Below the pieces are notes generated by a model. The model ran no database searches. It was not told the DNA's origin and saw nothing but the letters and a program-made list of their open reading frames with translations. Of a stretch of DNA of 64,000 nt, positions 1 through 14,200 are shown piece by piece; within the stretch, counting starts at the first letter, position 1; each line of letters opens with the position of its first letter. Origin of the DNA: Oopsacas minuta. Its lineage: Eukaryota; Animalia; Porifera. The stretch is from contig JAKMXF010000361.1 in the NCBI GenBank assembly GCA_024704765.1, positions 77,289-141,288 on the forward strand. The letters are read 5' to 3'. The position numbers and the translations under genes are program-made.

Positions 1-2575
1 TTGATGTTAGAATATTCTCAAATTTAATACACTGTTGAGAGAGGTAATCAGCCTCTCGCTGCTTTTCTTTGAAACTCAAGTTCAGCTGATTGAAGTTCTT
101 CTCAGCTAACTTAAGTCTTTCTTCTTCGATATTAATTACTTCCATCTTCAAATTTGCTTTGAGTTTCCCAAGCAAATCTTTTCTTATACCAGACATCTTT
201 TTAGTTCCAACCTCTAGCGGTTGAGATATACTATACAGATCAGCTGTAGCATCCGATGTAGCTTGTAGATCAACACGCAGCTGTTTTAGTGTATTTTCCT
301 TCTCTTTAACACTATCCTGATAATATCTGAGATCTAGCTCTAAGTCTTTGATCTGATCTTCTCTCTCTACCACTTGTCCCTCAGTCTCTATTAATATACG
401 GTTCTTCATAGCTAATTCAGTACGAACAGCCTCCAACTCTGATTTATGACTATCGATTTGTTTTTCAACCTGACTGGTTAAGTTAGTGATCCGTTCCTGG
501 TCTCCCGAAGGGCTGTGTAGGTTCTCTTCGCTCTGTGTAGAGTACATACGGAATTGTCCCAGAATTTTCTTAACTTTAAGCTCTGATTGTCGATTGTTAC
601 GTTTGTGCTTTTCCAGATCTTTCTCCATATCTCTGATAGTAATCTTCATCTCGTTGATACTAGACTCAGCATTTGATAGATTCTGGAAAGCTATCTGAGC
701 ATTGCTTTTCATCTCAGTGAGATATATCGTTAGTTTCATAAACAGTTCTTCGTTCAATTGATTGTCAATTGAATTGGGATCGAACATAACTGTCTTTTCA
801 GATTTAAGAGTGCTACCTAGAGTTCTTAGTTCTGAGAATAGAGTTGTTAGTACTTGGACTATCTTGGATTTGAAAGTTTTGAAAGTACTCTTTACAGTAT
901 CAGAAGATCTCTTCTCTTCCACAAGATTATATTCCAACTCAGAACATCGCTCACTCATTGTTTGGTTAGTATTAGATAGCTCTTCAGTAGTTAGAGCTAA
1001 TGTTTGTAGCTCAGAGATAACCTGTAGTAAATCATCCTGACTCTTCACTACGTCATTCTTGGTCTCCTCCAGTTTATTTTTCAGCGTATCATTCTGTGAT
1101 TGTAGTTCTTCTGCTTTCTCCTGATACACCTTCCTCTCCTCTTCAATCTCGTTATGACTCTCCTGTACTTCCTCCAGTTCCTGTCTCAAATCATTCAGTT
1201 CTTCTTCCTTCTTGTCTACACTGCTGATCAGCTGAGCTCTCTCCTCCTCCCAGTCGGGAGGAGCAGCTGGTGCCTGGGGGAGAGGACTGATGTGAGTTGA
1301 GTTCACTGAACTGTCTGATGTCTCATTGAAGATAGAATTTAAATCTGTTTTTGTATCAGTAAGAAGTGAGCCTGCTAGAGAAGAAGATTTATCATCATCT
1401 CCAGGAGTAGAGGTGGAAACAAGTTTGGCCCAATCTTCCTCTGGAACCTTTTCCCCTAAACGCCACCGTTTAACCTCCTCCTGTACTGAGTTAAGATAGC
1501 TGACTATTCCTCTGTACTGCTTCTTTAATTTGTTGTAGCGCGCCTTCCATTCATCAGCTGTCAGCTCTTCATTACGGATTATAGTGTTTTTGATTGTCTT
1601 AGCTCTGCTCCCAAACAAGATAGTATTCTTAGTCTCCATCTCATTGAAAGAGGAGGGAGAGCAACAAATAGCTATTGTAGTGCGAGCATTTCCTCCTAAG
1701 CTCTCCTGGAGAATTCGTGTCAGCTTACTATCCCTGTATGAGATATGAGCCTTCTTCAGAACCAATCCTTCAATCACGTTACCCAGACAGAGGAGAGACA
1801 TGTTTATATTCTTAGCTTCATTTAGTGTGCTGCCCTCTGCTCCCGTCTTCTTGGCTTTCTCAGAGCCGGCTAAGTCAACTAGATACAGCTTTCCCAGGAG
1901 TTTACGTTTTGATTCAATATTCTCCTGACAGACTTGGAAGATGAACACAGAGTGACTCCGTGAGCTATGCTCGTTCATGTTAGTGACAGATACATGTCTG
2001 TTAGATTTGCCCTCTTCAATAAGCTCCATCACCTCCTCTGGAGAAGCTACTGCATGATCGCTGAGGCCCTTCACGAATGGCTTACCCGACCTGTCTTCAT
2101 GGATGGAAAGCTTGCCTTTCGTCAGATCGAGGAGATCGCGAATTTCTTCGTTATAAACCTCGAAATATGACACTTTGAGTGTGAATTCTACATTACATTC
2201 AGGGTCCATGTTGTAGATGTAATCAAAAATATCGTTTACTATGCGTGGAGTTATTCCGAATAATTCTGGTTTTGATAGATTGCCTTCCATTGTATGAGTT
2301 TTTCCACTTGCAGTTTGTCCATAAGCGAATATTGTTCCATTGAAACCATTCAATACATCCTTGATAATCGGTTTAGCTGTGAAATCATACACATCGTATT
2401 GTGTTGAATGAGGTTCGAAGACCTTGTCGAATGGATAGTATGCGCCTAGGAGAGAAATTACGTTAGGCTTTGGGAAAGTGACGCATTGTTCTCCTCCTAG
2501 AGATATTTCATTGTTATTCAAGGGCCTCACCCGACATACTACACGAATATTGCAAGAACCTGCGTCTTCACTCAT
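1..2575 (-). CDS. KIF5: Kinesin-1 heavy chain (KIF5/KHC-like), intronless in window, 3' end beyond left edge
   Basis: Not in ORF track because it has no stop in the window. ATG at 2575: MSEDAGSCNIRVVCRVRPLN; P-loop GFNGTIFAYGQTASGKTHTMEG; switch I NEHSSRSHSVF; switch II LVDLAGSEK; ESLGGNARTT; neck VKRWRLGEKVPEEDW; then coiled coil, still in frame at position 2. Confidence 0.93.
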   Translation of the reverse strand, partial: MSEDAGSCNIRVVCRVRPLNNNEISLGGEQCVTFPKPNVISLLGAYYPFDKVFEPHSTQYDVYDFTAKPIIKDVLNGFNGTIFAYGQTASGKTHTMEGNLSKPELFGITPRIVNDIFDYIYNMDPECNVEFTLKVSYFEVYNEEIRDLLDLTKGKLSIHEDRSGKPFVKGLSDHAVASPEEVMELIEEGKSNRHVSVTNMNEHSSRSHSVFIFQVCQENIESKRKLLGKLYLVDLAGSEKAKKTGAEGSTLNEAKNINMSLLCLGNVIEGLVLKKAHISYRDSKLTRILQESLGGNARTTIAICCSPSSFNEMETKNTILFGSRAKTIKNTIIRNEELTADEWKARYNKLKKQYRGIVSYLNSVQEEVKRWRLGEKVPEEDWAKLVSTSTPGDDDKSSSLAGSLLTDTKTDLNSIFNETSDSSVNSTHISPLPQAPAAPPDWEEERAQLISSVDKKEEELNDLRQELEEVQESHNEIEEERKVYQEKAEELQSQNDTLKNKLEETKNDVVKSQDDLLQVISELQTLALTTEELSNTNQTMSERCSELEYNLVEEKRSSDTVKSTFKTFKSKIVQVLTTLFSELRTLGSTLKSEKTVMFDPNSIDNQLNEELFMKLTIYLTEMKSNAQIAFQNLSNAESSINEMKITIRDMEKDLEKHKRNNRQSELKVKKILGQFRMYSTQSEENLHSPSGDQERITNLTSQVEKQIDSHKSELEAVRTELAMKNRILIETEGQVVEREDQIKDLELDLRYYQDSVKEKENTLKQLRVDLQATSDATADLYSISQPLEVGTKKMSGIRKDLLGKLKANLKMEVINIEEERLKLAEKNFNQLNLSFKEKQREADYLSQQCIKFENILTS

Positions 2576-4101
2576 TTCTTATCATTTGAGATGGCTAACT
2601 AGAGATAATATAAATATGTTGAAAATTTATTGGTCGAGTATAGTTTGCAAGTGGTAGCATTTATACAAACTTAGAAATGTGTGAATTAGTATAAGTTGTC
2701 TACCTATACTGATTTCATCAATGTATCCTAAATATATAAATACCAAGTTCTACTTTGCCACGTTATACTTTCCAAACACAACACAAAAAGCCTTCCAATC
2801 AATTCACTACAATATAAGGATGCCACACGAACAATCCTATTGTTAACAAATACAAGTAAATATATATACGTATAGTTACACAGGACTATTAATTAATTAA
2901 TTAATAAGTATAAATGGGTGGATACTGTTACAATGAGGTATGACGTAGGTGGGTTAGAAAGAATTACACATACATTACCTACGTAACAAATTTCAGTCTA
3001 TGAACGATTAAATTAATCACTGATAACACATCCTCCAATTGGTAGAAATATATATTTACATAACCATATGATAATACGTAATGATCAATATTAATGTGTA
3101 ATAGTATTCTGGTCACTAAATGTGTAGAGCAAAAGTTTTATTCATGCTGCAATAATACCGAAAGTTTAGTGGTGTAATTCTTAAATAAATAGATGCTCGT
3201 TTGTCTTCAAACCGTATATCCACAATTCCACATATACATATAGCTTAAATTTAACCTATAAGGGTTTGTAGCTGAATTATTCATTCAACCTTGGTTGGGA
3301 TAATCAATCTAATTAGTAGGGCAGATAAAGCAGGTACAGTAATTGACGTATTATGATTTCTGAATCGATACGGTAGTACTGATATGCCATATCGTGAACA
3401 CGGCCATTCAAATTTTTAGATTATATTATTACATTGCATTTCTAGAGCTGATTACCGTGGCTAGAACGTAATTTAAGCCCCACTCTATCCTTATTACATT
3501 ATTTCTTTGTAATATTATCTTCTATTAATTCATTAACCATATTGCACATATTAATATAACTGAGAATCAGCTTTTATGAGATGAATAAGATAAATTGTTA
3601 ATTATAGTAATGAATAATATAAATATAGTTTGAAATCGTGATATCTGGAAGTACATTATCGATACATAATCATAATTATATAATTATGTAAAGTATGTTG
3701 GTGGAATTGTCATTAGTTATGAACTGAATTAATTAATTAATATACATAAATTACATAATAAATATTGGTTTGATGAATATGAAAAACTATTTACGAAAGT
3801 TCAGTTACCAATACTTGACTGATTTCCAAACTCTCTGTAAATTATATCATTAACAGATCCTGTGTATGATATAAAGAAATATAATATTTCTAATATATAA
3901 TGATAGCAACCAGTTTCACATCTTTCCGTAAACTTATCCTCAACTAAAAGACCATAAGTATACAATTTATAAGATGTCAAGCATTAATATCTTAGTATTT
4001 TTTCTAAATTGATAATATTATGCGAATTATAACTACTTAGTACACCAAAGACAAATAAATAAGAGCAAAATAGCTAATAGAAGGAAAAATTGCATACTTT
4101 A

Positions 4102-4196
4102 CAGGGACGAAGGAAGCAAATAATTATTTGTGAAGTGGGGTATATTGTATTGGTGCGGCAATCGCCGCACCTGCCGCACCGGCTCCTACGGTCCTG
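4102..4196. mobile_element. 95-bp MITE-like element
   Basis: GC-rich island with imperfect TIRs CAGGGACGAAGGAAGC / (rc) CAGGACCGTAGGAGCC, flanked on both sides by CTTTA. Confidence 0.5.
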
Positions 4197-5215
4197 CTTT
4201 AGCTTTAGCAGTTCAGCAAGTATATATATTTGACTTGAAATTACGAAGTGTAGTGAATATTTGAGCAGGATAGATGAATAAATATATTACTACGTAGAAC
4301 AAATTTGATCAGCAATTATGTGTGTTGACATATGAATATTAAATGTTGTTAAATTTTGAAGTAAAAACCTAGCATTAAGATCTGTACCGACAGTATAGTA
4401 TATTACATTAATTTATTTATAATGGAATTATTCATTTGAGGCACTATGTGTATTGGGAGTAAATTATACATTCTATAGTGACTCCAATTAATTACGCCAC
4501 TTCAAATAAATTCAATTAATATAATATGATGTCGGCAGGGATATACATTTTAGACTGGTCACAATAGATTCCTTATACGTATGATGAGTCCCATTTGGAA
4601 CTATCAAGAAAGTCCTGTTAGGATTTTAATAATTCTGAACTCCTCATATATCTGCTTAATCTATTTTAGAACATATGTTTGTGGCAACGATTAGAAAAAC
4701 TCTTCAAAAATAAAAACGGATATATCGACGTTTATCAATTACCCCAAAGCTATAAATGAATTGATTTCCTTCGCATAAATCGAACTGCAGCTGCAATGGG
4801 CTTTTCCTTTTAGTCAATTTGCAATTATAGCCAGACAGTTACGTATATCAATTATGCATTTTGTGGAATTTTAAACTTGCATTTAAAACATTTGAAGAAA
4901 TTATATTTACCCACTTCCACTATTGAAGCAGGCTCTATCAAATTTGTATGCCGATAGTAATTAGTGTTAATATCACGTCTTTAGGTGATCACTTCATTCA
5001 CCTGAATAATGTAATACTCATGCGATAAAATAAATATACGGCTCGAACTTCCTATAAATTGATAATCTAATCTGGATCATCATGGAATACAAAATACAGA
5101 CTACATTAAATGGTGATTTGTATAATTCTTCGACTTTAATTCGATGGTTAAATGCGAATAAATTAGGTTAATACATTAATGATATAAAACAGTTTAGTGT
5201 AACAATATTGAGAGC

Positions 5216-8200
5216 TCAGTTTATAGGATGCTCGGATATTAAGCTAATCTCAGAGTGTTGAGCTGTCATAGAGCTGAATATGGTAGTGGAAGGATCGAAT
5301 AAATAATAGAGAGCACTAGAGTGTATTACCTCAGTAAAGAGAGGATATGAGAGTAACTGTGCATATGTTAGTTCATTCAGTCCTAAGGTATCAAGTTGAG
5401 AAAATACCTGTCCTATATCAAGGGGGGTGGTATGTAGAGAAATGTCCGATTGTTTCATCTCTATTTGATTGTGACAGAATACTTTGAAAAGTTCTTCTTG
5501 AGAGAAAGAGATTGCTGACATCATCTCGGGTGTAGTGGATTCTGGTAAAGGAACTTTTATTCCCTTCAACAGACTGAGGGCGTTAATCAGTCCCGTGTTA
5601 GCGGATGTGTCTGCACAGAAGTACAATAACATATCCTCATAGTCCAGTAGGTCTGTCTCAGGATCAGCGTATATATCAAAGAACACCTTCCTTATCATAA
5701 AGTTTCTGTCAAACTTTGACAGAGCATCAAGATTCTCATATTCACTGGGATCTCTAGGGTAGGAAAGGAACCACAAATGCTCCTGGAGGTATTCCTCCTT
5801 GTTCACTTGTCCTGATGGGTATCTGTCTCTGAACCTCATTAAGGTTTCCATAAGGCTGTCTAGCGTGGGAGCAGGATAAGGACGGGATAAACTAACGATA
5901 AAGTTTTTCCAGTTGATATAGTGGCCATCCCAAGATATCTGAGTTAGAACTGTAGACAGCTGGTCTGTAGAGAATTCGGGTAATAAATTAGATTTAGAGG
6001 AATTGTCTGATAGAAACTGTATGAACTCCTGTATACTGATTACACCGGATGGAGCAAAAAGAGAAAGGGAAGTAGCGAGGGATTCTAGCTGTAAGACAGA
6101 AAGAGATCCATTAGCTGTATCCTCCGGGGGTGTAGTAGGGCGAAGTCTAGGAGGCTCTTCATATGTTACCATAGAGGATTCTATTAAAAACTCAGTACCA
6201 CTCAGATTCAAAACTGGTTTAATTTTAATCTCATTTTCAATAGCTTGATGTATGTATTGGCATAATTGATTAATGCTTGAGGTCTCTTCTTTGAATCTTA
6301 TACCAATCCAACCTTTCATCTCATCATACAGACTCCCTACTTTAGATTTCAACTCACGTATCACAGATATTCCCCTATACTTCAGCTGCTCTAGTCTGTA
6401 TTTAGAATAATTCTCCTCTAATTTAATCGCTTCCATAAACTCATCCAATAAATTATCCTCTTCCTTTCTAGCTTTAATAACCTCAGGAGGTAGTTGTGCA
6501 TCTGGCAAGACAGGCTCTGGAGTTACTTCAGCCGGCTTGGTACCTTTCTTACCCACAGGAGTAGCCTTGCCTCCCTTTTTAGCAGGAGTAGATTTCCCTA
6601 ATTTACTCTTATCATCCACTTCCCTCTTATCTTTCTCTACTCGTTCCTGCTCCACCTCTTCCTTCAGCATGTACTCACTATAACACATATTGTGGATGTT
6701 ATTATATGTCAGGCAGTATGCTTGTAACAGCTGGTGCTCGTCTTGATCAGCTGATTCCAACTCTAATACATTTGATACTAACGATTTCTCTGAGGCTCTC
6801 TTGTCTAACTTTTTCTTCCCTTTATCATCTTTAGACGACACAGATTCTACTTTATACTCGTAGCGTGGCATCAAGGCAGGTCTCTGTACAGACTTACTTT
6901 GCTCCTCTACCCCCTCCCCTTCCCCTGTACCTCCCTCTCCATCCTCATTAAGTAGGATACAAGTCCCACTGATTGACTCCAGTACAGCTTGAGCGTCCGG
7001 CAGCTCCAGGAGAGGTACTACTATCTGAGCAGGAGTCTCTGAGAGAACACGTCCACGCATTGACTCGTAGTAGTCGTGTACGAGTCGCATGGTGTCTTGG
7101 AACCTGCTGAGTTCTGCCTGTAGCAGAGATATGAATAGATTGATCAGAAATCCTGAGTTATCTTCAAGCCAGTTATTCTCCATAATGTGTGCTCTCTCTA
7201 GCTCTGCATCATGTTTCCGCTTATCACTAATATCCCCTAGACAATTCTTTTTTAAGTCATCTACCTGTTGATGGAACTCAGCCTTCACTTCCTTATCAGC
7301 TCTCAGGTCAGTAGTCAGATCGTTATACTTCTTTTGGAATTGAGATACTATAACTTGCTTCTGGTCTGGCCTCCTTAAATACTCTCTAAATTCTTCTCTT
7401 GTTCGATATATATACTTACAAGATATGTGTTGTGCTTGTCGTATAGAAGAGAAAGCTTCCTTACAGGTATTAATATAATAATCCTCTGTAGCATTCCATA
7501 GTCTAGCTAGATAGTTAGATACTACGTTAGGAATAGGTTTGTCACAATAATCCCATCCAATCTCTCCTGGCTTCACTACAGACTCTTCCTGTATATCAGA
7601 GCCTTGTTCAGAACTCATAATCTGGTCCTGTGTATCTAGATAGCTACTGGTAGCTTGTCGTTGAGGTGACGTAATAGATAGAGTCAGTATTTCCTCCACT
7701 TTGTGTGTGAGATCAGTCATAGTGTTAGCTCCCTCGATAAACTTGACATTACCAAATCTTGTGAACCATTCCTCAAGTGCTGGTTTGCTCTCAGTATAAT
7801 TAGCTAGCATGTACTGTAGCATGTCTAGTCTATTGGTGTTACAACGTGATAATTCGGCTTGTTTTACACTTGAGGGAGCTGGATTGAATTCTATATGGTA
7901 CTTATCCTTGGTTCTTGTGTTCACTTGTTGACCTAGTCCTCTTCTGATTGCTACCTTATCTGGGAGATTGAGGAATATAATCTTTTTGAAGTAGCTGTTG
8001 GGAGTAGTGAGGTTCTGTTCATGTTCTAGACCGTGTACTAGTATAGATAACTTGTTCCCGCACCATTCCCTAGCCTCACGAGAGGTTCGTAGTTTAGGAG
8101 GATCGGATGGCGGTTCATACCCAGAGAGCTGTTTCTCAAGCAGCTGAGCTTGATTCAGAGTTTTAGGAAATCCATCAATTATCCAGGAAGATCCATCAGG

Positions 8201-11109
8201 CAGCTGTCTAATCTTATGAATAAGAATATCTATCAAGAGGTTGTCATCTATGCTATCTCCTCTCCTCAGCATATCGGAGGCTTGCTTTCCTAGCACGGCT
8301 CGAGGGGTGGGGACCAGTTGAGACACGAACAAGTCTTGAGAAGGAGGTTCCTCCTGGCTAGGAATCTGTGCACCTATAGTCTGCTCTTCCTCTTTCTTAG
8401 CACTGACACGAGAAGACATATTCCTGGGAGATACAGCACCAGGTGATAATCCTTTAACCTGTTTTTGTTTCTTACCACTCATAGATTTAGGTTTTCCAGG
8501 TTTCTCTTTAATTGATTGGGTTGCTATTTCTGAGGGGATTGGGATACATTCACACTTGACCTCCTCCATCTCATTGTTCTTGTGAGCTGTTATCGCTTCA
8601 TGCACCAGTTTGACTAAGTCAAGTACTACTATCCCAGTACGCTGAGCAATGTAAGTGAGGATTGTACTCTTACCAGAGAATGGGGGTCCTATTATACAGC
8701 CTGTGAATAGGAATGTGGGGAGATCAGGAGGTGTGGGAGGAGGAGGAGGAGGGAAGGCTACAGAGTAGAGTCTAGAGATCATATGTTGTAGTATTAGATT
8801 AGAAGGAATGCTTATTAGAGACCCATCTTCAGTCTTGCTCCACTCTTCCCTCCAGTAGAGATAGGATAGGAAGTCCTGTTCATCTAGCAGAGACTTCTGC
8901 TCTATGTCCTGCTGGTCATCAGGAGGGACAGGGCAAGTAGCAGGATTAATTATAGGGGGGTAGTCCTCTTCCGTCTCGTTTTCAAAAGGAGAGTATCCAG
9001 CCAATACGAGTGCCTTCCAGCTCTTGAACACCTTAGAAGGGATCTGTTTATCTGTCATCTTGCGGTAGTCAGCTATCTTACAAGCTAAATCCGCGAAAAG
9101 TATCACTATTTCCTGGCAAGCTATCCTACTCTTTTCTGCATTTTTCTTCTCTTTCTGATGAAGCAGTTCTTTATGCAATTCCTGTTGCTGTTTTATCTAT
9201 GAGACAGTATACTATCTACTAATGATTATATATAATTATAATATGACTAAAGTTATGCTGTAATAATACACATTTGTATAGAAATCTTAAACAAATGTAA
9301 AACACACAAGCATGTGCTAGCCAAAACTTTCCAAAAAGGTCACACATACGTTACGTCATGTAAATTCAGTTCAGCTCAGAACTGACATTTTGATATTTGT
9401 AGATAAGCATAAATTAATCTTATTAGCTTCATATGGTACAGTAATTGAGAATACTTTTTCTGAATAAGAAGTAAACTAACCTGTTCAGCATACAATTCCT
9501 TCTCAGCAGAAGCTAGCTGAGCCTCTCTATCCAATGCCTCGCTAAACTCTCTCCTTCTCTCCTCCTCCAGCTGTTTCTGCTTATTAGCTCTATTCTCCCT
9601 GATAACCAGTTTGTTCTGCTTAATTTGTAACAGCTGAGTAGCTGCTCTCTGCTCCTGTTGACTCTGTCGCATCAATCTCTTAACAAGCAGCTCCTCCTTC
9701 TGCTCGTCAGCTCTACACTCCTCACGTCTCAGCTGTTCAGCTAATATGCGACGTCTACGGGCAGCCCGTTTCTGAGCCATTTCTCTCCTTTTATGTCCTC
9801 CTGTTTGCAGTCTAGCTACATATCTAATGAGTAACATTATAACAGCTGATCTATAAGTCAGCTATAAGGCTAGTCACCTATTATCTGGCTCAGCTAAACT
9901 ACCAGTCTCTGAGGATGGAATGGAGGAGGTTAGAGAACACTCACTCTCTGTACTAGTCACAGGAGGCTGCAAGTCAGCTGTTTGAGAAGTTTGTGAGATA
10001 GGTGGGAGTTCTGTGGTATCGGGACGTATAGAATGAATCAGCTGTTGATTCTCAAAATCCTCCAACAATTCTGACACCTCTCTTGCCTCTCTGTGCTTGT
10101 TCTGTCTAACAGTCAGTGACCTATACAACATAGTTAAGTATATTCTCGTTGCTATGCAGTATAATCTATGAATTCACATACCTTAACCTCTTATTAGAGC
10201 CTCCAGTACCAGAGGAGGATGTTACAGGACCTAGGGAAGTCTTGAGAGGACTTAGTCTCATGCTCTTGTATAACTGGGCCTGTCTCTCTCTCTTCATTCT
10301 CCCCTCTGTCAGCTGTTCTGCTATTTTCTTCTGTCTCATCATAATCTCATCCTTCTCCAACTGAGCCTCCGTCTCTCTCAATCTCTTTTCTTGCAAACTA
10401 CGCTTCTCCTCGTATCTATGCACCAGTGCTTCAAAATCTAAGTCAGACTGTCGTAGAGTCTGTTGTCTGAGTCTGTCTTTGTACCACGTACTCTCAGAGC
10501 TCTCTAGCTGTCCTCTACCTAACGTCTTACGACCCTAACACTTCAATAAACTCTATCCCTATTTCCCTATCATATATCATACAGTAGAGTTCGCCTATTA
10601 GCAAGTCGTATTGTGCACGAATTTCGCTTGCTAATACCTATGCAATCTTGCTACGTATTAGACTATTAGAGGGTTATTTCCACTATAAGTTCCTAAAAAA
10701 AATTCTTATTAGGTGAATACCGCTAATAGGCAAACACGACTGTATATCTTATACTAACCTGTACTAAACTCCTCTTCAGCTCACTACGAGAACTCCCCAG
10801 AGACACAAACAGTCTGTACAGCAACTGAACAGCAGCATGTCCCTTCTGATTGATAATATCACTCACTGCCTGAGGCTTCAGATGTATATCTAGCAGTCGT
10901 AAGCTATGCTCCAGTCTAATGAAGTTATTCAATTTAGCTTCAGAGGAGTGAGCCTTATGGAAACTGTTAAAATCCTCCTGCATTCCATATCTGAATAGAA
11001 TCAGTCCGTATGGATACCCGTTACTGAGCTGAAATGACAAGTTATCGCTTTCTAGCTGGGTGTCTGGTTCTATATCTTTGTTTACCCAACGGCACAATAT
11101 CTCTGCCAT
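5216..11109 (-). CDS. SPEF2: Sperm flagellar protein 2 (central apparatus), 5 exons, about 1756 aa
   Basis: Exons 11109-10759, 10534-10182, 10120-9878, 9823-9481, 9196-5216 join in phase with GT-AG introns. N-terminal CH-like domain MAEILCRWVNKD...AKLNNFIRLE matches SPEF2; coiled coil; P-loop IIGPPFSGKST of the AK-like domain; WIIDGFPKT. Confidence 0.92.
10580..10744. mobile_element. Tc1/mariner(pogo)-type MITE in SPEF2 intron 1
   Basis: TIRs TACAGTAGAGTTCGCCTATTAGC / GCTAATAGGCAAACACGACTGTA with TA ends. Confidence 0.7.
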
Positions 11110-11260
11110 GAGTAGATAATATGATGTATAACTAAGGTAATTGAGCTAAAGTATTGAAAAGTTAAATCTGAGTCCTTACCGCTACGTATTATACCAGTTG
11201 GATACTAGAGCAGAAATAGAAATTTCAAAATATATTACTATGCAAAGGTAAATCCTAAAT

Positions 11261-14200
11261 CTATATGTTTGTATCTCGAATATTGGAACTAATTTTGTTT
11301 TTAAGAAATGATCTTTGCGCCTCCTTTTCGAGCCGTGTGAGTTTATCAAGAGAGGGTCGTACTATATCTACATGTCCCTGGTAACATGAACCAGAAGTCT
11401 CCCTCTTAACTCCATATGCTACCTTTCCATCAAACTCATTCTCAGGTACATACAGATTGCTATCAATCTCAGGTATAGTCACACCTAAATGCTCCTCAAT
11501 ATCTCCGAGATACTGCTCTTCATCATACCATATACAGCAACCTCCTTCATCCTTCAAATTAGTGTTATAACAATTCTTACCACGACTAACACATGTATGG
11601 TACCACACTTTTTCTGGTACCTTAGAGGCGAAAGAAATCGCGAGTCCCATCCTCTCTGCCCGTCCCACTCGTCCGATACGATGCACATAGTTCATTTTAT
11701 CGTCTGGCATCATGACATTGATTACGTAGGGGATTCCTTTCATGTCGATACCTCTAGCTGCTACATCTGTACAGATTAAGAACTTTACTTTGTTTGCTTT
11801 GAAGAGTTCAAGGTTCTTCTTACGTTCCTGCGGTCTCCTGTCGGCGTGTAGACACACACAGGTGAAGAGAGTTGGATTCTTTTCTATTTTAGTGCCCCGG
11901 TATCCTAGATAACGCTCCATGTTGTCACAGTCTAGTTTAGTGCGACAGAATATAATGCCTTGATCCATTTTAAGATTCTTTATTGCTTTAACAACAAGAT
12001 CACCTGTATATGATACAGTACAGAAATATTATCGTGCTAATAATAATACAGCAAGGTTGGAACCGAATAGTTCAATAATTGGCTGGCTCCCGAATACCAG
12101 TATTCAGTGTTTGGTTAGCAAACAATTATATTTCATACTTGCCAACCCTCATGGGACCTGTGGATTATCCCTGGTTTTACAAGAAATCTATGGAAATATT
12201 CCAAAATCCAGGAAAAATAATTGGTAAGTATAACATTTGACCAAATATTTGATTGAAGTATTCGGTAGGAGCGGTTTCAACCTTGTAATACAATAAACTC
12301 TGGTTTTAACGAGATGTTAGAGACCCAGGTATCATTTCTTTGTATTCGGAGTAAAATCAACTTAGTTTCATATAATAGGGAGTAAAGAATCACTTGGTTA
12401 TAACGGGAGTTCACTGTAATTATACCTTTGATTAATTTGATTGCTTCAGATAATGCTTCCGCCGGTTGAGTGCCGCTTGGATTAGTATCGTCGTGAATAT
12501 GCACTCCATCCGTCCTAATTGTATTCTTCATATTGTGCCAGCTGATGTCCTTTTTGGGATCCACTCTATACACCACGTGATGGACAGTTTCAGGTACAGA
12601 GTCCTGTCCCTTCAGGTCTACCCAAGTAGGGAAGTACATGAGACGCTGTGCTAGCTTCTTAACCTCGAAATTATGGAGTGTAGCAGAGCATACTATCATC
12701 TGCAGTCTCTGACCGTCAGTGTGAATCTGTGGTTGAAATGTTATCATTGAAAATACTCAAAATAGTCATAAATTATATGCCAACTTGGACAGGAAGGGAT
12801 GTCCAGCAATTTGGATTTGTGCGTGGATCCAATATCCCGCCGAAAATTGCAGAAAATAATACCGATTTTGTAGCCAGACAATAGAAATAGCCAGTCTAAT
12901 GCTAATACTGTATGCTAGGTCCCGACATTCTACAAATGTCTCGCTAAACTACTTTTGAGTGGGAAAGATGTCATATTTCCCACCCAGACGCAGGAGCCTA
13001 ATTGCGGCTATACTTCTCACTTTGTTCTTCACCTAAGTTGGCAATTATGTAATACAAAAGGATAGTAAATTGACAATATATATATACACATATAATACAT
13101 GTATGTAGTGTAAATAATATTACCTTAGGAATGTTATTATTTATTTTGTCAATAACCTCTCCGTGTCCCTGGCTAAGCAGACCATCAGCTTCATCTAACA
13201 CTAAGAACTTAACTTGATCCAGACACAGTACACCACTAGAGATGAGATCTTCCAGTCTTCCAGGAGTACCACACACAATATCAACTCCCTGATTTAATTT
13301 CTCTACCTGCATCTTAGCAGGGTCTCCTCCTACTATTGCTAGCTCCTTCACTTCAGGATGAGTCATGTGACGCTTGAATAACATTATCTGATCTATAGTC
13401 TGGTGTGCTAGCTCTCTGGAGGGCTCTAAGATAAGACAAATAGGGGACCGTTTGTTCTTCTTAGGGTTAGAGGATATCTGAGAGAACTCTGTGAATTTAG
13501 AAGAGACATGATTACATTTACTGAGACCCTTATACCCTTCTGGTGGATCTGATAAGAACTGTTTGTCTCCAAAGTTAAAACTCAGTTCTGCATTCTTAAT
13601 CGTACAAGCTGCGTATAAAGGAACTCCGATAATATCTTTGTCTATTCTGAAAGCAATCCCCAGATCTTTGCCATTCTTAGAATAACTAATCTCTTTACTA
13701 TATAGATCTAGGTAGCAGCCTAACGTGTCATTCTTCCCGAACTTCTCTCCATAATCCTCAAACTGAGAATTATATGACTTCTTACCAGTACCCCCGAATC
13801 CGTACCCCATCTCATCTTTCCCCAGTTCCAATCTCCCGTTTAGTGTGGACCAACCAATACGACACAATCCCTCATCAGTAATTGTAGCTTCGAAGTAGTA
13901 GCGACCCTCTTCAACCACTCCCCAGGTGGATCTGCACCCCTGCCAGTTCCTGTCCCTAGACTGACATACGAGTCCGTCCCGTGAAATAGCGATCTTCTCT
14001 TCTCTGTCCCAGTAGTTTAACATGCATTTCTGTGGAGCATGTTGTGATTTACCCTCCAACTGGTTCAGTAGGGTTTCCTGTACAATTTGAAGAATAGGAA
14101 GACAGAAAGCTCCTGTTTTCCCACTTCCAGTTTCCGCGGCCATCAACACATCTCCACCTCCCAGTATAAGAGGAATAGCTTCAGCTTGTACGTCTGTTGG

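Noticed and set aside
486-2170. Plus-strand ORFs 486-698, 762-1040 and 1967-2170
   Set aside because: Antisense shadows of the kinesin CDS. The same applies to 6003-6248, 7089-7271, 11489-11779, 32982-33182, 33720-33974 and similar ORFs opposite real exons.
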